From positions 5,084,001 to 5,148,000 of the forward strand of contig NC_043007.1 of NCBI RefSeq assembly GCF_006345805.1: DNA of 64,000 bases, given 5' to 3'. This DNA is from Octopus sinensis (Eukaryota). Made by a program: the position numbers and the translations under genes. The notes below the pieces were generated by a model. The model was not told the origin of the DNA. It saw nothing but the letters and a program-made list of their open reading frames with translations, and did no database searches. How positions within the stretch are numbered: position 1 is the first letter of the stretch; the number at the start of each line of letters is the position of its first letter. Below, piece after piece: positions 24,294-37,075 of this stretch.

Positions 24294-24776
24294 ATATGTT
24301 TGTGTGCCTGTGTTTGTCCCCACCAACATTGCTTGACAACCGATGCTGGTGTGTTTACATTCCCGTAACTTAGCAGTTCAGCAAAAGAGATCAATAGAAT
24401 AAGTACTAAGCTTACAAAGAATAAGTTCTGGGGTTGATTAACGTGACTAAAAGCAGTGCTCCAGCATGGCTGCAGTCTAATGACTGAAACAAGTAAAAGA
24501 GTATATATATATATATATATGTTAGCAGAGATACCCAGCATTGCTCAAGATTAACATGGCATAGTTTTTTATTGTTTTACTTGTTTTGGTCATGTGACTG
24601 CAGCCATGCTGGAGCACCATTTTTGGTCAAATAAATCGCCTCCAGGATTTATTCTTTGTAAGCCTAATACCTATTCTACCAGTATGTTTTGCCAAACAGC
24701 TGAGTTACAGGGATGTAAACACACCAACATTGGTTGTCAAGTGATGGTGGAGGTACAAACACACACACACATACAC

Positions 24777-24826
<50 letters not shown>

Positions 24827-24830
24827 TATA
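22600..24830. repeat. Recent tandem duplication, period ~1095 bp, bounded by (TA)n
   Basis: TTAATTGGCAGAAAGTC at 22671 and 23766; essentially identical sequence apart from TA-run lengths. Confidence 0.95.
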
Positions 24831-24936
24831 TATAGTTAATCCAAACATGAAAACACAAAGAGGAAATGCAACAATGCGAAGACGTGGAACAAGTATAGTG
24901 TTATTGGACGCTCAGGAAAGGAAAGAAAGAAGGAGG

Positions 24937-24971
24937 GTTTAACGTTTCGAGCGGAGCTCTTCGTCAGAAAC
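24937..24971 (-). ncRNA. Minimal type-I hammerhead ribozyme motif, intact core, within a PLE pLTR-like repeat (~24835-25055)
   Basis: Minus: GTTT CTGACGA A GAGC-TCC-GCTC GAA ACGT T AAAC; stems I and II fully paired, palindromic ACGT, GUU triplet. Confidence 0.8.
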
Positions 24972-25084
24972 ATAGGAAAAGGAAAGATCCAAGAAAAGGA
25001 AGACGGAGGAAAAAAATCGCCAGCGATACACACGCGGTCACATTTTGAATGTTTGCCAATGTTCGGTGATGTGAGGACCAAAAA

Positions 25085-25340
25085 ACTGAAGTATTTTGGA
25101 TTGCAAGACTGTGAGAGAGAAAATGATAATATCATAGGAGAGAAATCTGTCTGTAAGGATGATGGTGCATTTGCATTAATGATTCTGCAAAGGAAGAGGC
25201 TTGGAGATGCCATCATAAAAGACTGAATGTAGAGAATGACTGGGAGGTGGAGAATTTGTGAAATGTTGACCCAATTGAAGGACCAGCTATCCAAACCAAC
25301 AGTACCCTGGTAGATAAAGTAGTTAAGGATATAAAGACGA
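25085..25340 (+). mobile_element. RTE LINE fragment (linker upstream of RT)
   Basis: ENDNIIGEKSVCKDDGAFA...AKEEAWRCHHKRL-NVENDWEVENL.NVDPIEGPAI. Confidence 0.7.
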
Positions 25341-26440
25341 AAAAGAAAAGGCAAGAGTCTATTTACAGCTAGGACTGGGTCAATGAAGAATGTAAGTATC
25401 AAAGTCTATATTCTTATAATTTACTTAGGGTGCGTGAGATCACTTCCTAAAGATGGTGGGTTGATGTTTGACCAGGAAGAGTTGGACATCGCAAGAGAAT
25501 CTTCCAAATAGCTTTTGGTATATTACCTATCTGAAATGTTTCTCTCTCTTGAAATATTTTGCCAGTCTTCCTAAAGTCCAGTAACTGGATATCTTGAGAT
25601 CTTTCTGACATTCAGCTTTTGGATAGACAAAGATCTTGGCTCGGCAATTGGCATAAATTGGGTTCTTCCTAAAGTCCAGCAATATGACAAGTTGAGGTTT
25701 TCCCTAAATTCAGTAGTTGGATAACTTGCAGACTTCCTCAGCTCCAACAGTGAGATTACTTGAGGTCTTCCTAAATCCCTGTAAATTTTAAATCAGGAAT
25801 GGGCAACTATTTATAAGAAGCAGACCACATGTCATGGTTCCTCATCACGTGGGCTGCACTATTAAAAAAAAAATTCAAGTTAATTTTTCATCAAGTTAAT
25901 TAGCATCTCATTTACCACAGGCTGCAGGAGGCCTTGGGTGTTCTAAATATATAAAAAGAAAGAACAATATAATCTTTCTCAGTGCTACAGATAGTGAGCT
26001 GTTCCTATTTCATGGTGAGTACGTATTCCTCCTTCACTCCTGACAGACCTAAAGGCCTTGGTGATGGGTAATGCATCCTCTCATTAAAAGAGGGGAAAAA
26101 AGGGAAAGAGTATATTTACAGCTAGGACTGGAGCAATGGAAAATTGAAGTGTCTTTTATAATTGTTAACAAATCTAATTAAAATTCAATATGACAGCAGA
26201 AAATAGCCTAAAAATTGTTGATTTTTGTAAATTATCAAGGATTTCGTAATTTACATACTTCTCTAAAGAGCTATTTGATCAACTAGAAATAGCAGTCAAC
26301 TTCCTGTTAATTTTCACAATATCATCATAAAAAAGGAAGGATACATTGAACAATGTGGTTCAGAAATGGTGGCCATAAGGGACAGGTTGCTCTCAGCTAA
26401 AATGCTTTTGGTCATAGGTCTGTTCATGTAACAAGAGTTT

Positions 26441-26587
26441 GATGAAGATGATGATGATGATGATGATGTTGATGATGTTGATGATGATGTTGATGATGAT
26501 GATGATGATGTTGATGATGTTGATGATGATGTTGATGATGTTGATGATGATGTTGATGATGATGATGATGAGGATGATGATGATGAT
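26441..26587. repeat. (GAT/GTT)n compound trinucleotide repeat; representative of many simple repeats: (AG)n 38830-38932, 41644-41711, 62820-62995; (TAA)n and (TA)n arrays throughout
   Basis: Direct inspection. Confidence 0.95.
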
Positions 26588-27847
26588 CACCACTATTATC
26601 AGCACTGGCACTGCTGCCACTATCAACACCATGACCCTGACCCCCTCCACTTCTCACCAGTACTTCCTATCTGCTTTTCTCTTGCCTAAAAGGTGCTGTG
26701 CAATGAGACTGAACCCAAAACCTCATGGTGAGGAAGTAAACTTCTCAACCACACAGCCATGCTTCATGAAAATAATATACAAAAAACTTCAGCTGTTTTT
26801 CAATCACCCCTAACGAGTTGTGTTTCCATAATATATTTTGTCTTTCTGGTGGTGAATTAGCTGAATGGTCAGACCACCAGAGAGGATACTTTGCAGTATT
26901 TCTTCCAGTTCTATGCTTTCTGAGTTCAAATCTCACCAGGGTCAACTTTGTCTTTTATTGTTTCAGAGGACTGAGGCTGATTTTCCCTATCTATGCACGC
27001 GTGTGTGTGTGTGTGTGTGTACACACATGCACACACACACACACACATACAGACAGGCACACATACATATATGTTTGTGTGTGTGTATGTATGTATGTAT
27101 GTATGTACATATGGCTGTACCTCCCGATTTCTGAATCAACTATAAGAAGTCCTACTGCCATTAAAATACTCTCTCTCTCTCTCTCTCTCTTGGCCATATA
27201 TGCTTCCATTTTGCCCCCATGATACTCTAGTCTCTCCCCTTCCTCCTCCCCCTTCCATCCACCATACTCTGCTGTCGCACCTTCAATGCCCTACACAGAA
27301 CCCTTCTCTCACTTATCCCCTCCACAGGAAACCTGACCTTTCAATCTCCTTCGCTACTCATATTTCTGTATATATATGTATTAGATAAAGATAATTATGT
27401 TCGGATTATGGGGTTACTCCAGGTTTCATGTCCATAGAGTTCTTAGCTTTAGACACTGATGGAGGAAAGGACTCCACATGTAATCTCATGGAAGGTCCTA
27501 GAAGAACTGGGATACTACATCATCTACTTACACTTCAGGAAAATCCTACTGAAGTCCTGGAACCCACAAGCAGATCACGTTGACTACGGATAGAAGTCTA
27601 AGGGTGACATTCCTTTGTGCTTAACCCTTTTCAACAAGTAACTATGAAGTCTTTTCTCTCTCCACTCTGGAGAATGGTTGTAGGCCACCAGCCATTAAGG
27701 TCTGAAGAAATGCCATAAAGCCAAGTGCTTTATGGATGTGAAACCTAGGGTAATCCCTAAGACTGGCTCTAACTATCTTTATTTAATTCCTCTACTGATC
27801 TATAACTTAGAGTGTGCTTCTCTTTCAGATTTGTGATTTACTGATGA

Positions 27848-27894
<47 letters not shown>

Positions 27895-28112
27895 CATACA
27901 TACATACATATATATTTATATATATATATGGTTGAAATTTACAGAAAATAAAATACAAAGACAGGTGTATGAACAACAAGCAGGTGTATTAGTTTGACAC
28001 TTAGGAAAATGAAAAAGGCTTTTAGGTTTCGAATCTATACTCTTCAGCAGAAAGGAGAAAACAGAGAGAGAATGAAAAAAAAACTTGTAGATTTAGTAGT
28101 CAAACATGGCAA

Positions 28113-28149
<37 letters not shown>

Positions 28150-29009
28150 TGTGTGTTTGTGTGTGTGTGTGTGTGTATGAAGATGGGTGTTTGCGTATGA
28201 TTTCATATTTTCCTCAACATGTGCTCATTCACTGACTGCAAACAACAGTTTCATTAATGGTGTTGTTTGGTTGTTGACATGAAAGCATGAGAGAAAATAT
28301 CTCAGATTCAAGGATTGAAAAGTTGGGAGTTGAAAGTCAAAATCTAACTCCGGTTATGAACAGAGGGTTCAAGTAGGCAAAAGTAGATTGTTTTTGGCTT
28401 GCTGAACCCCACAAAAGAGGTGATAAGGGGCCATGCAGTAATTGGCATGTTGCTCAATAATTCCTACCCATATCATGTTGATATGACAGAGGAAAATAAA
28501 ACAACCTAAAAACAAAAAGAAGTAAAATGCAGATGTTGATGAAGATATGGGTGATTTAGTTGCCATTTCTGACAACTCCAGGCCACCCCCACCCCACCCC
28601 ACCCACTGTCTGTTATGATCGATATGAAAATGACTGACAAGGAGTGCTTAGCAGAGGAAATGGTCAAAATTGGCAGATGATGTATTTTATGCATTTTCAA
28701 ATACAATAAAGGAAAATGATAACAAGAACAACAACAATAATAATAATAAACAACATCAACAACAAACAAAATATAAAGGTCAGAAGTTGACACATTGAAT
28801 TTTTTGTTTAGATATAAGAAATTATAAAGAACAACAACAACAATAATAATTGATAATAATACATAAGCTACTTTCAACAAGAAATGCAACAAAGTCAAAA
28901 CAAAAGACTGCACATGTCCAAAGAACACTGTGCAGTGAATGCGTGCCATGAAAATAAGACTAATAAACAACAACAACAACAAAAACAATAACAACTGCAA
29001 CTGTTTTTG

Positions 29010-29320
29010 ATTTAGGCCAAAGGCCAAAACAACTTGGGAGAAAAGTCATTAGAATAAACTCGATAAAAACAAAAGTTAATAAAACTCAGCTAGTGAGCAA
29101 ATGCAGAATCTGTGAGAAAGGAGACAAAAGTATTGACCCTTGCTTAAGTGAGTGCAGTAAGCTAGGACAAAAAGAGTATAAATGAATGCATGATTGTGTA
29201 GGTAAAAGACTGTATTGGGATGTAAGACAAGTGCGGATTCAAAGTAGCAGAAAAGTGGTATAAACATGATCCAGAGGTTATGATGGAAAATAATAACTAC
29301 AGGATTTTAGGGGATTTCTT
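29010..29320 (+). mobile_element. R4/Dong-like zinc-knuckle fragment (other short pieces at ~8897-9003, 30130-30360, 31975-32070, 32468-32690)
   Basis: KCRICEKGDKSID...SECSKLGQKEYK.MHDCVGKRLYW; GLKSETEGFIITAQDQCLPTRSYQ; KLTKYKDL; IVGALGTV...LQKTVLLGTSQIL. Confidence 0.7.
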
Positions 29321-30419
29321 CATTAATTTTCTCTGCATTGGTGTCGCAATTTGTGGCTCACATGTTTTCTCCCCTGTAACTGCAGGTGTATTTTGTTGCC
29401 TTGAGAAGGGTGCTTAAAATAAACACACCACTATGTCTATTTCTGGTACTTTAAGCCATAAGCAAGCTATTTTCAATTCAGAATGAATTTCAACTTCCAT
29501 TTTCAGATGCCATTTTCATTATTTATATTCTAACCATGAGGCAATCAAGCTTTGAAATTGAACTTAGTTCTTGGATTTTTTTACTGAACGAAAATGGCTG
29601 CAGCTGCAACTGAAGCTTTTTCTGGAAGAAATCTTGTTTGATTCTGACTGAGATGATGATTTTGAAGGATTTATTCAAGCAGATATTAATGCTGAAGTTA
29701 TTCAAAGTGATCATGGGGATGTAGACTGAGCTTATAGTTATATTGAGAACAATGTTCCGGGTGGATACAATCATCCATGGTTGGCTGATCTAGGGAAAAT
29801 ACTGGCCATTACTTAATGCATTGCATAAAAATATCATTCATCCATTCCTTTATTAGTATACAAAAAAAAGAATCAAGTCGATACACAAAGTACAATGAAA
29901 ATAATAAAAACTTTAAAACAGTGGGTGTTCGTGTCTTTTGTTCTCTCAAAACTAATGCAGTGGTAGGGGAAACGTTTCTAGGGGCAAATCAGTGTGCTTA
30001 AGGTTAAGACGGACTATACTATTGAAACTAGTAGATTAGATATGACAGCAGAGGACCAAAAAAAAAAAGGGGTTAGCCCATAGACTTTCCAATACAATAT
30101 TATAATAGAGAAACCTGAGAATATTAAGACATAGCCGAAGACAAAGGTGAGAATTATTTCTGGTGGTGATTGGTGCAGTTGGCAAACATCCAAACTGCTA
30201 CAGAAGGGGCTGAAGGATACTGAATTTGAGACACACATTGTTGATATTCAGGAAAATGCCATTCTGCATCCTGTAAGAATAATAAGAAAGATTCTTGAGA
30301 TTTTAGAAGATATGTCACAAAACCAGAAGACAACGTTCCTGCTAAGAAGCTTGTAATAACATTACAACAACAGCAACAGCAATGCAGAAAAGTTATGCAA
30401 CCATCTGGAAAGTAACAAT

Positions 30420-30860
30420 CTACATCCAGAAGAGCGGAAAGGATGCAGGAAAGAAAGTAGGGCAGCAAAAGATCCCTTATTAGTTGATGAGATGATAATT
30501 AGAAATTGCAGACGCAGATTGACAGGCCTGAAGGTAGCAAGGCCAGATTACAAAGAAAGCCAATGACATGGTACTACACAGTCGGATAAGTAAAACAATG
30601 AACATGTCTGGAATAGCAAAAAAACATGGAGAAAATGCTTAATGAAACATTGGAATATTGAATTGATTGGAAGAAAACAAAAACTTGGAAAAGTGAACAT
30701 CAGACATGGAATATTCCAAGGCGATAAGCTTAATCTATTCCTATTTGTAATGGACATGACACAACCCACTATGATACTATGAAGAGTTAAAATTGCTTAT
30801 GATTTGGGAAAAGGAAATGGTCAGAAAAATCATCTTCTTGTCAAGAATAACCTGAGTCAA
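30420..30860 (+). mobile_element. R4/Dong-like RT fragment
   Basis: HPEERKGCRKESRAAKDPLLVDEMIIRNCRRRLTGL...DY.....DMVLHS resembles PEEQKGC..G.KDQLLID..WIDYKKAYDMVPH; later IRHGIFQGDKL. Confidence 0.75.
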
Positions 30861-31917
30861 CTCAATAATAGTAATAATAATGGATCTTAATTTAGGCACA
30901 AGGCCAGGACATTTAAGGGAAGGTGGTCAGATAATGTTATCAACTTGCTTCTACTTATTTTATTGAGCCCCAAAAGCTTGAAACACAAAGAAGATTCCTG
31001 TGGGATTTGAACCAGAAGAATTATTGCTAAACATTTACTGAGGCATTCTAAGGATACTGTCAGCTCACTGCCCTTAAAATAATCCTTTCTACTATAGGCA
31101 CAAGACACAAAATTTTGGGGTAGGGGACTTGTCAATTACATTGACTCCAGTACTTGACTGGTACCGATATCTTTGACTCTGAAAGGGTGAAATGCAAAGT
31201 CAACCTTGATGGAATTTGAACTCAGAACATAAAGACGGACAAAATGCCGCTAAGCACATTTCCAGTGTGCTAATGATTCTGCCAGCTTGTCACCTTCACT
31301 GCCCTTATACTCTCTCTTTTACTCTTTTACTTGTTTCAGTCATGTGACTGTGGCCATGCTGGAGCACAGCCTTTAGTCGAGGAAATCGACCTCAGGACTT
31401 ATTCTTTGTAAGCCTAGTACTTATTCTATCGGTCTGTTTTGCCAAACCACTAAGTTATGGGGACGCAAGCACACCAACATCGGTTGTCAAACGATGTTGG
31501 GGGAAAAACACAGACACACAAACATATATATATATATATATACATATATACGATAGGCTTCTTGCAGTTTCTGTCTACCAAATCCACTCGCAAGGCTTTG
31601 GTCAGCCCGAGGCTATAGTAGAAGACACTTGCCCAAAGTGCCATGCAGTGGGACTGAACCTGGAACCATGTGATTGGTAAGCAAGCTACTTACCACACAG
31701 CCATTCCTACACCTATAATGATAATAATAATAATAATTCTTTCTACTGGAAGTACAAGGCCTCAAAATTTGGGGGAAGGGATCAAGTCGATTACATCGAC
31801 CCTAGTGCGTAACTGGTACTTATTTAATCAAGCCCAAAAGGATGAAAAGCAAAGTTGACCTCGGCAGAATATTTGAACTCAGAATGGCTTGCTAACAATT
31901 CTACCTGCTTGCCACCT

Positions 31918-31967
<50 letters not shown>

Positions 31968-32423
31968 CCTAGAATTTGATAAGCTCACAAAATATAAAGA
32001 TTTACTGACTGAAATTTAAAAAATGAGGTCTCTCAAGACATTTATAATACCAATGATTGTAAGAGGACTTGGATGATCAAAAAAGAAAGTGGAAATTATT
32101 TGAGGATGATGCTTGGCTTACCCATCCATGCAAAAAATACAAAAGATTGTCTTAACTGGTCGCACGTATGGAGAAGAAATTTGTCATGGGGAATTTCCTT
32201 TCTTACCCTCCCCCTTTATTTTCTTTGCTTCCATTTTTCATTGTTTTTTTCTGTTTTTCTTTTCCCCCTTTTCTTTATTTCTTTCTTCCCCTTTTTTGCT
32301 ACTACATGACTTTGTAAATGAACAATCTGGTATGCTTATTTTAATGGCCTACCAACAAGTTTCTTTGCTCTAGGTGTCAGGAAGACACTCAGAAAGAAAT
32401 GGAAACAAAATTGAAAGAAACTG

Positions 32424-32469
<46 letters not shown>

Positions 32470-33974
32470 TTGTTGGAGCCCTGGGAACAGTGAATAAAAA
32501 TCTGGATAAGTACATGGAACAACTAAGGGCTGCAATAAGGGTGGAGCACTTGCAGAAAACAGTACTGCTTGGAACCTCTCAAATACTTCAGATGGTGCTC
32601 AAAAAATAAGGGGTGTTACCTTAGTTCACTGGTAGTGAACAGCTGACACCATAGTACATGTTCAGCGTTAGAAGCTGTGCAAAGACAATAAATGATAATA
32701 ATAATGATAAAAATAATAATTTTGGTACAAGTTCCAATTTTAAGATGGGGATGGGTAAGTCAATTACATCGACCCCCAGTATTCAAATGGTACTTATTTT
32801 CTTGACCCCTAAAGGATGAAAGGCAAAGTTGACCTCATCAGTATTTGAACAGAGACTGTAAAGCCGGAAGGAATGTTGCTAAGCATTTTGTCCAGCTTGC
32901 TAATGATTCAGTCAGTTTGATGCCAATAATAATAATAATAATAATAATAAGTCAGAAAAGTATTAGCAAGCTGGAAAGAACAGATAACATGGTAGCGTAG
33001 GCTGCAGGTAGCAAACCCACTACGCATACAAGACTTCAGGAGTTCCTACAAAATCTGTGATAAAAAGAAATAATAATGATGATGATGATGGTGGTGATGA
33101 AAGTAATAGCCGCAACAGTAATAATAATTAAATATACGAATTAATTATGCAATTAATTATGTATTTAACATGATATGTTCAACAGCTGCAGCCAAAATAT
33201 ACAAATGGATACAACCTGGAATGATGGTGATAAGGAGAAGGATGGTGGTGGTGGTGGTGGGTGAAATAGTGATGCAGTTGTAATGATGCTGCTGATGATA
33301 AGGAGAGTTGTGATGATGAAGGTAGGTAATGATGATGATAATGATGATGATGATGGTATTTGTGATGGGGGTGGTGGGGGTGACTATTGTGGTTGTAGTG
33401 GTAATGATGAATATGATAAGAGAATGACGATGGAGAAGAAGCTGGTGATCAATGGGATGCTGTCGGTGGTAGTGATGAGTGTGCCATTGGTGATGATGAT
33501 GATGGTTAGGGTGATGAGGAAACTTTATAGGAGACGTCTACTGCTCTGTGTGTAAACCGTAAACCAAGGAGAGGAGTTTTCTAAAAATGGTACAGTTTAT
33601 TCCAAATACCAGAATACATAACTCAGATTATATGAGGGTGGTGATGGTTGTGGTGTGGAAGGCAAAATACCTTGTGGTATTTCCTACATATAGGTGTAGG
33701 AGTGGCTGTGTGGTATGTAGCTTGCTTACCAACCACATGATTCCGGTTTCAGTCCCACTGCATGGCACCTTGGGCAAGTGTCTTCTACTACAGCCTCGGG
33801 CCGGCCAATGCCTTGTGAGTGGATTTGGTAGACGGAAACAGAAAGAAGCCTGTCGTATATATGTATATATATATATATATATATACATATATATATGTGT
33901 GTGTGTGTGTGTGTGCGCGCATATGTTTGTGTGTTTGTGTTTATAAGTATATAAGTATATATATATATATATAT

Positions 33975-34009
<35 letters not shown>

Positions 34010-34548
34010 TCGTGTATTTTTGTGCGTCAGTTTGACTGAGAACTAGCAAGCCAGATGGCTGCACCAGGCTCCAATCTGAGACAAAATGTTACAGTTCGTC
34101 CCACCAACGTTTCTATATTAAATTTAAATATTATACACATCATTATTAAAATTTCGTACTGTTTCAAGTGCATGTAGTGATTTAATTTTAATCTGACCAG
34201 CTTTCACACAAATCAGTGACTACTGTGTTTATAAATTTCTATATCAGAAAGAATATAATCCTGAATAACCAGTGGGAATCTTCATCACCGAGGAAGATAA
34301 ATAAAGTTGAAACATTAGGGTTTGAGGATCCCTCAATGACATTCTGGGTGGGATTTGTGTTATTTTTAATGCACAAATCTCTCCTGAGATGAAATATTCA
34401 GCTAGTCGTGTTTTACATTTGTATAAACAGGCATAGCTGCATAGTCCCAGCCACATGGTTCCAGGTTCAGTCCCACTGTGTGGTACCTTGAGCAAGTGTC
34501 TCCTACTATAGCCTCAGGATTTGGTACACACACACACACATATATATA

Positions 34549-34579
<31 letters not shown>

Positions 34580-35664
34580 TTCTTTGTGTTTGAGTTTATT
34601 CCGTCACCACCACAGCTTGACAACCGATGTTGGTGTGTTTATGTCTCTGTGACTTTGCAGTTTGACAAAAAGGGACCAATAGAATAAGTGCCAAAAGTTA
34701 AGGGGTCGATTCATTCAACTGGAAAAAGATTCTCTAAAGCAGTGCTCCAGTGTGGCCATGGTCTAATGACTGAAACAAAGTAAAAGATAAAGAGACTTCA
34801 TTATTTTGATTGAATGCTTTCCAAGTATGTACGTTAATATTAACCAATGAACAGGATGTGAATAACGAACCAGTTGGACAATAAAATGGGTTTCTAACGA
34901 GCCAGCCATCTGAGAGTCTATGATAGGCAAACGGAAGAGGCTGACATCTGTGCAAGGTGGGCTTGTTGTTGTGCTGGTCCTTACCTTAACATTATTCACC
35001 TGAGTTTCAATTATATTTATTCCAGACGAAAAAGAGGAATGAAAATCTATGTTCTGAAAATAAAATAAAATCAATGACTAACCCATACAATTAATAATAA
35101 TAATAATAATAATTGTGTCAAATTTTGGCACAAGATCAGCAATTTTGAGAGGCGAGGGTTACATGATGACATCAACCCCAGTATCTGACTGGTACTTTAT
35201 TTTATTGACTTCAAAAAGGATGCAAGGCAGAGTTGAACACACCAGTATTTGAACTCTGAATGTAAAGAGTTGGAAGAAATGCGTTTTGTCTAAGGCACTG
35301 GTGATTCTGCCAGTTTGCCACCTTAAAAATAATGATGATGATGATGATGATATTAACGATTCTAATTCTGGGACAGGGCCAGCAATTTTGAGGGGTGGGG
35401 GCAGTCCATTACCTTCACTCCAGAGCTCAACCGATATGTTGAGGATAAAAGGTAAAGTCACCTTGGCAGAATTTGAACTTCAAATGAAAAGCTGAAAGAA
35501 ATGCTGCTAAGCATTTTGTCCAATGTTCAGTTAGCTTGCTACTTTGAATAATAATAATAATAATAGTAATAATAATGGTAATAATGATAATAATAATAAT
35601 GATAATCATAATAATAATAATAGTAATAATAATGGTAATAATGATAATAATAATAATGATAATC

Positions 35665-35700
<36 letters not shown>

Positions 35701-35774
35701 GATGCAGTACCAATGCCCTGATGCAGTACCAATGCCCTGATGCAGTACCAATGCCCTGATGCAGTACCATAAAT

Positions 35775-36330
35775 GCCCTGATGCAGTACCAGGCAGTGGC
35801 TCTCATGGCTTCTGATCTTAAGTGATTGGAAGTGTTATCATGTACATTGTTTTGTCTTGGTATAAAAGATGGGCTACAGCAAATATTCTGCTCAATACCA
35901 CAGATTTGCTTGTCAGTTGCTTAACCCTTAACCAGTTGAGCATGTCCCTTAGTGGCTGACGATATGTGCATCTCTGATCACGAGCGGAAGTAGTGGGGGA
36001 GCATCATAGCCATGTGTTGAGAGGGATTCTTTGGGGTTTGAATAATTCACCTCTGGAAACATGGGTGATTCTTTCAACATCCTTAAACAACCCTTATTCA
36101 GGGACCTTTTGAGTGGGATGGGCTACTCAACCTGAAGAAAATTCTAACTGGGTCCCACCTGCAAGGTCATGTGCTGTTTATCTTGATATGAGATCACCAT
36201 GTCGCGCACATATGGTTGTGATGCATGTGCCTGGTGTACCCTTATCAGACTGGTTGTCATGATGGGTATATTGGGCTTCGTATATTTTACCCCAGTGTCA
36301 CTTTGATGGCATGAACTGCTCTCTCACTCA
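35775..36330 (+). mobile_element. Family D non-coding retroposon (~550 bp, probable LINE 3' UTR) in (TAA)n; copies at 36361-36548 (partial) and 44941-45480
   Basis: Three homologous copies, each starting CCTGATGCA(G/A)TACCAG next to (TAA)n; the two full copies end CTCTCTCACTC-(AAT)n. Confidence 0.75.
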
Positions 36331-36554
36331 ATAATAATAATAATAATAATAATAGCAGCAGCTCTGATGCAGTACCAGGCAGTGGCTCTCATGGCTTCTG
36401 ATCTTAACTGATTGGAAGTGTTATCATTTACATTGTTTTGCCTTGGTATAAAAGATGGGCAAATACAGCAAATATTCTGCTCAATACCATGGATTTGCTT
36501 TGTCAGTTGTTTGACCTTAACCAGTTGACCATGTCCCTTAGTGGCTGACAATAT

Positions 36555-37075
36555 GGTGGTTCAAAGAGGAGTCATACCCAGTATTTTAAATCGGGTGGTT
36601 CACGAAAGAGTCATACCCAATGACAGGTGTAGCAGCACCTTAGTCAAGTGCTACAAAGGTAAATGTGATACCTTAGTTAGAAATAATTACAGAGGTATCA
36701 AATTGTTGGACCAGGTGATGAAAGTTACGGAGTCATAGCCCAACTAATTAGAGAGAGAATTAGTCTGGATGAGATGCAGTTTGGTATTGTACCAGGTAGA
36801 AGCACCACTAGTGCTATATTTCTGGTAAGGTAACCTTGCAGAAGAAATACTTGGCCAAAAATAAACCTCTGTACTTGGCTTTTGTTGACTTGGAGAAAAC
36901 CTTTGACAGGGTCTCCTGATTTCTTACCTGGTGGTCAATGTGGAATCTAGGGATAGACAAGTGTTTAGTGAGAGTTGTACAAGCCTTGTACAGGGATGCT
37001 ACCACTAATGTGTACAGCGAAGAATTCTGGGTACAAGGAGGGATTCACCAAGTATCGGTCCTCAGCCAGATATTA
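36555..37075 (+). mobile_element. RTE-clade LINE reverse transcriptase fragment (decayed)
   Basis: IPND.CSSTLVKCYKGK...NNYRGIKLLDQVMKVTE...LDEMQFGIVPGRSTTSAIFLVR...YLAFVDLEKTFDRV (RT motifs), with frameshifts. Confidence 0.9.

Noticed and set aside
26393-26813. Poly-His/Gln, poly-Met and poly-Ile ORFs (also 22242-24858, 35427-35759, 54402-54730, 61583-62129, 62817-63071)
   Set aside because: Simple-repeat artefacts with no splice-site or homology support.
34095-34150. GAAACGTT with AT-rich stem on minus strand; similar weak case at ~6775-6815
   Set aside because: The CUGANGA half is missing or multiply mutated and stem I is not supported.
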